Shown: in pieces, positions 9,367 through 15,277 of the stretch
How the letters are laid out: each line of letters begins with the position of its first letter
Position numbering within the stretch: the first letter of the stretch is position 1
From: a virus
Taxonomy: Duplodnaviria > Caudoviricetes
Length of the DNA: 64,000 nucleotides
IMG/VR virus record: IMGVR_UViG_3300020577_011395
Location: 32,001-96,000 of that record
Reading direction: 5' to 3' (one strand)
Notes under the pieces: generated by a model
What the model was told of the DNA's origin: nothing
Seen by the model: only the letters and a program-made list of their open reading frames with translations
The model's database searches: none
Program-made: the position numbers and the translations under genes

Positions 9367-9567
9367 ATGTCTCTACTAAAGAATAGAGTAAGCGGAAAAG
9401 TAAAGTTTTTATTCTACCAAGCTGGTCAGCTATGGTATGAGTGTGAAGATAGTTACAGATTTTCAGTAGATGTTCCCGGAGATACTGGAACAGGTAGATT
9501 TCTTGTCGAAGATAAGGGTCTATATTTTATGAGATATATTAGAAAGTCAATGAATTTAGAGGAGTAA
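9367..9567 (+). CDS. hypothetical phage protein
   Basis: AAGGA RBS; ORF track. Confidence 0.7.
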   Translation: MSLLKNRVSGKVKFLFYQAGQLWYECEDSYRFSVDVPGDTGTGRFLVEDKGLYFMRYIRKSMNLEE

Positions 9568-9571
9568 AATA

Positions 9572-9841
9572 ATGTCTGAAAATCTATATAAACAATGTGT
9601 ACTAGTAAAATCAGTTGGAGAATCAAAAATCTTTGATACTTCTTGGATTCCTCAAAAATTCGCTAAGCAAGGCAAACAATTAAAAATTAAGAATTCTCAT
9701 GGTATCTGGGAAGATGGTTGGACTGTAGAATCAGCAGGAACAAATGCACTAGAGTTCGTTGCTCTACAGAGACAAGAAGATTCTCAGAGATATCTAGCTC
9801 ATAAAGTAGCAATTAAGGACGATAGAAGTTTAAGTAAGTAA
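9572..9841 (+). CDS. hypothetical phage protein
   Basis: GAGGAG RBS; QC.L..., SWIP..FA..GK motif. Confidence 0.7.
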   Translation: MSENLYKQCVLVKSVGESKIFDTSWIPQKFAKQGKQLKIKNSHGIWEDGWTVESAGTNALEFVALQRQEDSQRYLAHKVAIKDDRSLSK

Positions 9842-9852
9842 AAATAGAATAC

Positions 9853-9945
9853 GGAAGGTTGGCCGAGTCTGGTTTAAGGCGACAGTCTTGAAAACTGTAG
9901 AACCTCAAAAGGGTTCCGTGAGTTCAAATCCCACACCTTCCTCCA
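9853..9945 (+). tRNA. tRNA-Ser(TGA)
   Basis: long variable arm; CTTGAAA loop; CCA end. Confidence 0.93.
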
Positions 9946-9948
9946 ATT

Positions 9949-10023
9949 GGGTCGATAGTGAAATGGCTATCACAGCAGTCTCCAAAACTGCCTTTCTAGG
10001 TTCGAGTCCTAGTCGGCCCGCCA
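9949..10023 (+). tRNA. tRNA-Trp(CCA)
   Basis: CTCCAAA loop; GCCA end. Confidence 0.93.
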
Positions 10024-10032
10024 CAATAAGAT

Positions 10033-10067
10033 GCCCCTTGACAGACGGACGGGGCCATGCTAGAGTA
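10033..10067 (+). promoter_or_regulatory. sigma70-type promoter, repeated element copy 2
   Basis: identical to 7954-7988. Confidence 0.85.
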
Positions 10068-10081
10068 AGAAAATAAAGTAC

Positions 10082-10120
10082 GGGGAAGCGGCAAAGTTGG
10101 AGAGTTGGAGTGGACTATAA
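10082..10120 (+). pseudogene. 5' half of a tRNA-Tyr-like gene, broken at the anticodon loop
   Basis: GGGGAAG acceptor strand, D-arm, GTGGA-CTATAA; no 3' half seen; immediately downstream of a promoter. Confidence 0.65.
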
Positions 10121-10158
10121 TAAATTTAACCTTTCAATTTTTCAAAACTATATATAGT

Positions 10159-10680
10159 ATGAACACTATAAAATGTAAAAGTTGTCAAGAATATTTTGAA
10201 GTTACTGCCAATACTAAAAGAAAAATTTTTTGTAATAGAAAGTGTTCTGCTCAATATAATAATAAGCGTAGAATAGTTTCTGAATCTACAAGACTAAAAT
10301 ATAGTGAAAATCTCAAAAATAGAATTAAAGTGAATGGCCCACTAACTTCCGGGGAAACGGCTATAAAATATGGCTCGGATAGTCAAAAAGGCAAGCATAA
10401 TAAAGAAATAAAATCAATTTATGAATGTTCCTCTCGTACTAGAGAAAAAATAATTAAACGCTTAAAAATGGGTTGTTCTAGGTGTGGTTGGTCTGAAGGT
10501 AATGGCGACATACATCATATAAATGGAAGAAAAATAGAAGACGCTAATAATATGTCAAATCTTTGTTATTTGTGCCCTAATTGTCATAGATTATGTCACG
10601 AAGGCAAAATATTAAAAGAATCTTTAATTCCTTTATCAAAAACAATACCTGAAAACTGGAAAGAATATTATTATGGTTGA
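10159..10680 (+). CDS. HNH endonuclease with N-terminal Zn-finger
   Basis: C..C...FC...C; CSRCGW, DIHHING, N..SNLCYLCPNCHRLCH; stop lies inside tRNA-Tyr. Confidence 0.9.
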   Translation: MNTIKCKSCQEYFEVTANTKRKIFCNRKCSAQYNNKRRIVSESTRLKYSENLKNRIKVNGPLTSGETAIKYGSDSQKGKHNKEIKSIYECSSRTREKIIKRLKMGCSRCGWSEGNGDIHHINGRKIEDANNMSNLCYLCPNCHRLCHEGKILKESLIPLSKTIPENWKEYYYG

Positions 10681-10766
10681 GTTCCCGTAGCGGCGAACGG
10701 AGCAAGCTGTAACCTTGCCACCCAAAGAGGTAAACACCGTAGGTTCAATTCCTACCTCAACCACCA
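10675..10766 (+). tRNA. tRNA-Tyr(GTA)
   Basis: GGTTGAG/CTCAACC acceptor stem; CTGTAAC loop; long variable arm; CCA end. Confidence 0.92.
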
Positions 10767-10774
10767 ATTTTTAT

Positions 10775-10849
10775 GGCCCTATAGTATAACGTATATTACA
10801 CTTGGCTACGAACTAAGAAATCAAGGTTAAATTCCTTGTAGGGCTACCA
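10775..10849 (+). tRNA. tRNA-Arg(ACG)
   Basis: CTACGAA loop; CCA end; U19/A56 variant. Confidence 0.88.
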
Positions 10850-10976
10850 AGAAAAGAGTTTCTTAAATGAAAAAAGAAATGAAAAAAGAAAAGAAAAATT
10901 AAATTTAGTTTTTGAAAAGATAAATGATTATAACCTAGCCGAACTAGAACTGGCAGTTAAAAAAGCAAAAGAAGCT

Positions 10977-11264
10977 ATGCAAAATGGTTCTTGGACAAAT
11001 ATAAAATTATCTTATGATACTACTGATGAGTATGACGACGAATGTGGCGAGTATATAGAAGACGTTGAAATACATTTATTTGGAAGTCGTTTAGAAACAG
11101 ATAAAGAATTTGAAGATAGATTAGTACAAGAAGCAGAAAACGAAAGACTTCGTAAAGAATATCTTCTTAAAGAAAAAGAAAGGCTAAAACAAGTAGAACT
11201 TAAAAAAGTAGAAGAACGAAATGAGCTACAAGAATATAAGCGCCTTAAAGCTAAATATGGATAA
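10977..11264 (+). CDS. hypothetical acidic/coiled-coil protein
   Basis: ORF track; frame stays open upstream to 10842. Confidence 0.65.
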   Translation: MQNGSWTNIKLSYDTTDEYDDECGEYIEDVEIHLFGSRLETDKEFEDRLVQEAENERLRKEYLLKEKERLKQVELKKVEERNELQEYKRLKAKYG

Positions 11265-11271
11265 GATATAT

Positions 11272-11343
11272 GCGGATGCGATTTTGGAACAGTCTAGGTT
11301 GCCAACTTGGACAAAATGGGTTCGATCCCCATCGTCCGCGCCA
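11272..11343 (+). tRNA. tRNA-Gly(GCC), reduced D-arm
   Basis: GCGGATG/CGTCCGC acceptor stem; TTGCCAA loop; 72 nt. Confidence 0.8.
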
Positions 11344-11363
11344 ATTTTGAAAGAAAGATGAAT

Positions 11364-11449
11364 GGTCCTCTGGTGGAATTTGGTAGACACACTAGGTTTA
11401 GACCCTAACGCCTTCGGGCATCACGGTTCGAGTCCGTGGGGGATCACCA
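11364..11449 (+). tRNA. tRNA-Leu(TAG)
   Basis: TTTAGAC loop; variable arm with TTCG loop; CCA end. Confidence 0.92.
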
Positions 11450-11454
11450 ATAAT

Positions 11455-11530
11455 GCTGCTTGAGCTAGTATGGTTATAGCACCAGTCTGAAGAACTGGCA
11501 AACTTGGTTCAATTCCAAGAGGCAGCACCA
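11455..11530 (+). tRNA. tRNA-Phe(GAA)
   Basis: CTGAAGA loop; CCA end. Confidence 0.92.
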
Positions 11531-11653
11531 ACAACTGAAAAGAAGTATGCTAACATTGAGGTGCAGAATGGGTCTGCTAACTCACAATAAGAGTCGAGAA
11601 GTTAGCAGGTGCTCCACCCTTTCTTATGGGAGATTTCTAATTCTGAGGTTAAA

Positions 11654-11812
11654 ATGTCAGAAATACTAAAGAAATATTTAGATCTTGACATTGAAGTTGA
11701 TCTTTTATTAAGACACGGATTTGAAGAAGAAGCCAATAAAGTGCTTGACAAGCAGGACGAGCTGTGGTACAAACTGTCCGAAGATGAGCACAACTGGCTG
11801 GATAAGAGATAA
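11654..11812 (+). CDS. small hypothetical protein
   Basis: GAGG RBS before ATG at 11654. Confidence 0.6.
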   Translation: MSEILKKYLDLDIEVDLLLRHGFEEEANKVLDKQDELWYKLSEDEHNWLDKR

Positions 11813-11974
11813 GCCATCATAGAATTTGGTTCAAAAATTTATTAAACCCTATCTTTAGAAAGATTCAATTTTGGACAGATAGACCTTACGTTATCTATTC
11901 AATCTTTGATGAGGAACTGAATAAAGTTGTTGGTTATGGCTTCGGAAGAGTAAAATATTACAAATAAAATATAT

Positions 11975-12049
11975 GGGCTGATAGTGATAGTGGTAGCACG
12001 CTGCGTTTGCACCGCAGAGGTTGGGGTTCAATTCCCCATCGGTCCACCA
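11975..12049 (+). tRNA. tRNA-Ala(TGC)
   Basis: G3:U70 pair; TTTGCAC loop; CCA end. Confidence 0.93.
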
Positions 12050-12057
12050 AAGAATGT

Positions 12058-12136
12058 TTGGAAGAAGCAATTGTTGGTTTATTGCAGCTAGCTGTTAACT
12101 AGCCGTTCGCTGGTTCGATTCCAGCCTTCCAAGCCA
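12058..12136 (+). tRNA. tRNA-Asn(GTT)
   Basis: CTGTTAA loop; GCCA end. Confidence 0.92.
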
Positions 12137-12155
12137 ATTTTTAGAAAGGTAATAA

Positions 12156-12356
12156 ATGTATAATATTGGTGATTTAATTGTAATTAAAGATAAATATCGA
12201 CCAGATTACAATGTAATATATGTTTTAATAAAGTGCTTAAATGCAAACATTAATACTTGGGTCTGTTATGATATTGCAAAGCAGATTTCGCCAGAAATAA
12301 CGCTTTCAACCATAGGATACGGTTTTCTTGTTGAAAGGATATGGAATCGTGTATAA
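12156..12356 (+). CDS. small hypothetical protein (SH3/KOW-like)
   Basis: MYNIGDLIVI; AAGG RBS. Confidence 0.6.
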   Translation: MYNIGDLIVIKDKYRPDYNVIYVLIKCLNANINTWVCYDIAKQISPEITLSTIGYGFLVERIWNRV

Positions 12357-12534
12357 ACCAGGTGATATGCTTTGTTATCAGTTTAATCCACCAACTGAAT
12401 TAAAATTTTATTATGTTCTATTAGAACCAAAAAAAGGAAATTCTGGTATTTGGATCGCTTGGGATGTTAAATATGCAAAGAAAACCCAGATTGGCACTAA
12501 AACGTCAAACAGAACAATAACAAAGGTAGAGTAA
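12328..12534 (+). CDS. small hypothetical protein, similar in pattern to the previous ORF
   Basis: YKPGDML...YVLL...W..WD; start uncertain. Confidence 0.55.
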   Translation: MLKGYGIVYKPGDMLCYQFNPPTELKFYYVLLEPKKGNSGIWIAWDVKYAKKTQIGTKTSNRTITKVE

Positions 12535-12541
12535 AAAATAT

Positions 12542-12616
12542 GGCTCTTTAGTAGAATGGTTATAACGTTTGGCTTACATCCAAAAAAAGGGGGTTCAATT
12601 CCCTCAAGAGCTACCA
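12542..12616 (+). tRNA. tRNA-Val(TAC)
   Basis: CTTACAT loop; CCA end. Confidence 0.9.
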
Positions 12617-12631
12617 AATTGGAGTACTAAA

Positions 12632-12838
12632 ATGTATAAAGAAAACCTACCAAAACTATGTTGTAAGAACGTTGGTGGCCATAGTGTTAAATGGTGCGGA
12701 CAAGAAGCAACAGTTTGGTATAAACACTACGGCACAGAAGATATTTGTTCTTATTGTGAGCAACACGATTACGAATGTGGTGAAAAAGTTAATATCGACC
12801 CCTTGGCCGAGAGTCTAGGCATTAGTCTGCAAAACTAA
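12632..12838 (+). CDS. small Cys/His-rich protein overlapping tRNA-Cys
   Basis: GGAG RBS; CC..WC..C.YC..H. Confidence 0.55.
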   Translation: MYKENLPKLCCKNVGGHSVKWCGQEATVWYKHYGTEDICSYCEQHDYECGEKVNIDPLAESLGISLQN

Positions 12839-12870
12839 TCACATTGGTTAAAATCCAATAGGGGTCTCCA
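12797..12870 (+). tRNA. tRNA-Cys(GCA)
   Basis: CTGCAAA loop; U73 discriminator; CCA end. Confidence 0.9.
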
Positions 12871-12886
12871 AGAAGGGAACTAATTT

Positions 12887-13102
12887 ATGCTGATTGAAGC
12901 TGTAACAGAAGGTGCAATTGTCACTACCGCTGTTGATTTAGAAAGTGGCGGTATAACAATTCCAAAAGGAATACAGGGAACCGTGGTGCATATTTATCCA
13001 GGCTCACAGGCTTTTGAAGTTGAATTTCTTCTTGATATTAATACGGAAGATACATATACTCTAGTTGTAACTGTAATGTTTAATCAACTAGAACTTGTGT
13101 GA
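12887..13102 (+). CDS. DUF4926-like protein
   Basis: IPKG..GTVVHIY.....FEVEF motif. Confidence 0.75.
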   Translation: MLIEAVTEGAIVTTAVDLESGGITIPKGIQGTVVHIYPGSQAFEVEFLLDINTEDTYTLVVTVMFNQLELV

Positions 13103-13133
13103 GCGGGAATAAAACAGAAAAATAAAGAGCCGC

Positions 13134-13173
13134 TTGACACGCCGCCGGACCTGTGGTAGAGTAGGTTCATAAG
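13134..13173 (+). promoter_or_regulatory. sigma70-type promoter for the DIP1984-like gene
   Basis: TTGACA-N17-TAGAGT; shares TAGAGTAGGTTCATAAG with 7982-7998. Confidence 0.85.
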
Positions 13174-13206
13174 ATTGAGACACACCAAAGAAAAGGATTG
13201 ATAAAA

Positions 13207-13677
13207 ATGAACACTGTAAAACTTCGCAAGGCCCTCCAAATTAAGAATCGTCTAGCTGGTGAAATTGCTAATCTAACTCGTCGTCTGAATGTAAACAACC
13301 ATCCTGACCAAGATGGTAAGGCTCCTGAGTTTGATATTCGTGCCCTTTTAGCTGAACGTAAAGAACTAGTAAATAAGCTAGTACAGGTAAAGACTGTTAT
13401 TGCAAAGGCTAACGTTGATATCTATGAAAAGATCAATCAACTAGCTGAACTAAAGAGCGAGGTTTCTGTACTATCTCTAATCCCTACTCAAGATGTTCGT
13501 GGCAATAAAAGAGTACTAGTTGAAGGCCGTTATGATTATCTTGATACTGTTACACCTGCGGTTATTAAATCTAAAGAAGTACAAGAAAAAGTTACTGCTC
13601 TTAATTTAGAAATTGAAAGTCTACAAGACGCAATCGACTATCATAATTCGGTCACTGATGTTGTTGTGCCGGAATAA
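13207..13677 (+). CDS. DIP1984-like (septicolysin-like/DUF6847) helical protein
   Basis: KL.KAL..KNRL..EI..L..RL..NN, D...LL.E...L..KL......I..AN, LQD.ID..N..T.V match my recollection of the family pattern. Confidence 0.7.
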   Translation: MNTVKLRKALQIKNRLAGEIANLTRRLNVNNHPDQDGKAPEFDIRALLAERKELVNKLVQVKTVIAKANVDIYEKINQLAELKSEVSVLSLIPTQDVRGNKRVLVEGRYDYLDTVTPAVIKSKEVQEKVTALNLEIESLQDAIDYHNSVTDVVVPE

Positions 13678-13692
13678 GTTAGTCTAAAAGCT

Positions 13693-13939
13693 AGGGAGTA
13701 GCCAACACCTATTCCAACATATTTTAGAATATAATGGTTAAAAATCTTTCGATTCATACTCGAAAACCTCCTTTGCCTGGATGATAAAACACGACAAGGA
13801 TAAGGAACAGCGGATTCGTCCGCCCAAAACTTAAGTCTTTTTCTATTAAGATTGAAAGTTTAAAACCTAAACCACAAACTCTAAAATTCTTCCAACCATT
13901 TTTTTGAAGTGTGCTTGGAGTAGGTGTTGGCGAAACCTT
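13693..13939 (+). ncRNA. unknown ~247-nt structured RNA
   Basis: 17-bp terminal helix 13701-13717/13915-13931, AGTA/GAA motif, TTCG hairpin, 7-nt tandem repeats. Confidence 0.75.
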
Positions 13940-13950
13940 TTATAATTTAT

Positions 13951-14026
13951 GGGATCGTAGCTCAATTGGCAGAGCATTCCGCTTTTAACGGACAGGTTGT
14001 GGGATCGTCACCCACCGATCCCACCA
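13951..14026 (+). tRNA. tRNA-Lys(TTT)
   Basis: CTTTTAA loop; T-loop ATCGTCA; CCA end. Confidence 0.92.
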
Positions 14027-14028
14027 AA

Positions 14029-14103
14029 TGGTTTTTCGAGCATTAACTCGAAACCTTGGACTGCTGGATAACCAAGCCGGTGAAAGACCGAAGAAACCCA
14101 GCC
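14029..14103 (+). ncRNA. unknown multi-stem RNA with possible pseudoknot
   Basis: three hairpins inside a closing helix; loop GCTGG complementary to 3' CCAGC. Confidence 0.55.
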
Positions 14104-14119
14104 TTAATTTTGTTTCAAG

Positions 14120-14198
14120 TTTTTAGAACATAGCTTAACGGAAAAGCATACCTCAAAATAGAGGTGGATTTTGGTTCGAATCCAAATGATTCTAAAAA
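14120..14198 (+). ncRNA. tRNA-like RNA 1 (no CCA, no canonical anticodon loop)
   Basis: D-arm, TTCGAAT T-arm, 6-nt loop AAAATA, extended bulged acceptor-like stem. Confidence 0.7.
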
Positions 14199-14227
14199 GT
14201 TTTTATTGTACTACTTAAAATAAGTAT

Positions 14228-14305
14228 GGCCCATTCATCTACGTTTGGCTAGGATATTGGACTTTCACTCCAACAAAACGGGATCGACACCCGTATGGGC
14301 TACCA
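14228..14305 (+). tRNA. tRNA-Glu(TTC)
   Basis: CTTTCAC loop; T-loop ATCGACA; CCA end. Confidence 0.9.
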
Positions 14306-14307
14306 AT

Positions 14308-14386
14308 TTGTAAGATATCATCCTTGGGGATATTAGGCACCCTTGAAGTGCCTACGGCACAGTTCAAATCTGTGATATACTTACAA
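14308..14386 (+). ncRNA. tRNA-like RNA 2 (no CCA)
   Basis: 12-bp bulged terminal stem; 7-bp stem with CCTTGAA loop; TTCAAAT T-arm. Confidence 0.7.
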
Positions 14387-14391
14387 TAATT

Positions 14392-14470
14392 TTGTAGAGG
14401 TCTTACTAGGGTAGGTATTGCGGTCGCGGAGACAGCAAAAGCTGGTTCAACTCCAGCAGACACTTTACAA
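14392..14470 (+). ncRNA. tRNA-like RNA 3 (no CCA)
   Basis: 12-bp bulged terminal stem; GCTGG-TTCAACT-CCAGC T-arm; irregular anticodon arm. Confidence 0.68.
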
Positions 14471-14479
14471 TAAATTTAT

Positions 14480-14572
14480 GGAAGGTTGGGTGAGTGTCTT
14501 AAACCAGTTGCCTGCTAAGCGACCATGGCCTTTAAAAAGCCATCGTGGGTTAAAATCCCACACCTTCCGCCA
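14480..14572 (+). tRNA. tRNA-Ser(GCT)
   Basis: CTGCTAA loop; long variable arm; GCCA end. Confidence 0.92.
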
Positions 14573-14580
14573 ATATTAAA

Positions 14581-14760
14581 ATGACCTGTGATATCTGTAA
14601 AGAAAAAAAGTTCGTCTACGAAAAAAAAGTCCTTGACGAGCTTATTACTCTGTGCGAAGATTGTGACTGGTCAACAGAAGATATAAAAGAAGCGGATAAG
14701 ATTGGACAAGCTATGAAAGATAAGTTGTCTGAGATTATGAAAGAAATGTTTAAAGACTAA
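14581..14760 (+). CDS. small CxxC-CxxC protein, 59 aa (not in ORF track)
   Basis: MTCDICKEKK...LCEDCDW...MFKD*; fills the gap between two tRNAs. Confidence 0.6.
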   Translation: MTCDICKEKKFVYEKKVLDELITLCEDCDWSTEDIKEADKIGQAMKDKLSEIMKEMFKD

Positions 14761-14771
14761 TTAAAATAAAT

Positions 14772-14847
14772 GCATCAGTAGCTCAACAGGTAGAGCACTT
14801 GTTTTGTAATCAAGCGGTTGTAGGTTCAATTCCTATCTGATGCTCCA
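14772..14847 (+). tRNA. tRNA-Thr(TGT)
   Basis: TTTGTAA loop; CCA end. Confidence 0.92.
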
Positions 14848-14851
14848 ATTT

Positions 14852-14913
14852 TGTTTAGCTATGGAATCTGGCGGGATCAAGCCAATTGACGATCCCAAGC
14901 CCATAGCTAAACA
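14852..14913 (+). ncRNA. unknown hairpin RNA
   Basis: 13-bp perfect stem TGTTTAGCTATGG/CCATAGCTAAACA; inner GGGATC/GATCCC stem. Confidence 0.5.
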
Positions 14914-14920
14914 TCTTTTT

Positions 14921-14995
14921 ACGAGTATAGTGAAATGGTTATCACACTTGTCTGATACACAGGTATTCAAAGTTCAAATCTTTGTACTCGTACCA
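14921..14995 (+). tRNA. tRNA-Ile(GAT)
   Basis: CTGATAC loop; CCA end. Confidence 0.92.
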
Positions 14996-15009
14996 AATTT
15001 ATAAGAAAT

Positions 15010-15087
15010 GGCCCTCTAGCGCAACAGGTAGGAGGCAGCAGACTCAAAATCTGTACAGTGTGGGTTCGAATCCCACGGGGGCCACCA
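15010..15087 (+). tRNA. tRNA-Leu(CAA), short variable arm
   Basis: CTCAAAA loop; 5-nt variable region; CCA end. Confidence 0.88.
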
Positions 15088-15095
15088 AATTTTAT

Positions 15096-15171
15096 ACTCC
15101 CTTAGCGCAGCGGTTAGCGCAGCGAGCTTATATCTCGTTGGTCGCTGGTTCAAATCCAGCAGGGAGTACCA
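15096..15171 (+). tRNA. tRNA-Ile(TAT)
   Basis: GCGAG-CTTATAT-CTCGT; A73; CCA end. Confidence 0.9.
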
Positions 15172-15187
15172 ATTGAAAAGAAAGTTT

Positions 15188-15263
15188 GGGACTTTAGCTC
15201 AGCTGGGAGAGCATTCGACTCTTAATCGACAGGTCGTGAGTTCAAATCTCACAAGTCCTACCA
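15188..15263 (+). tRNA. tRNA-Lys(CTT)
   Basis: CTCTTAA loop; CCA end. Confidence 0.93.
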
Positions 15264-15277
15264 AAATAAAATAGTTC

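Noticed and set aside
9888-10076. 62-aa ORF in track
   Set aside because: Lies across tRNA-Ser, tRNA-Trp and a promoter; a shadow ORF
10082-10766. Group I intron in tRNA-Tyr
   Set aside because: No room for an intron core around the ORF, no complementary 3' exon found, and the downstream tRNA is complete on its own
11806-11966. Open frame between ORF 11654 and tRNA-Ala
   Set aside because: Protein-like, but no ATG/GTG/TTG start was found in frame, so it is not called
13693-13939. tmRNA, RNase P RNA, 6S RNA or CRISPR array
   Set aside because: No tRNA-like domain or tag ORF, no P4 signature, the interior is not a simple 6S bubble, and the repeats are 7 nt with no spacers
14029-14103. Hammerhead ribozyme
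   Set aside because: GAAA is present but the CUGANGA core is absent and the junction has four helices
14239-15176. ORFs 14239-14463 (-) and 14982-15176 (+)
   Set aside because: They translate tRNA or tRNA-like sequence; no RBS or protein features
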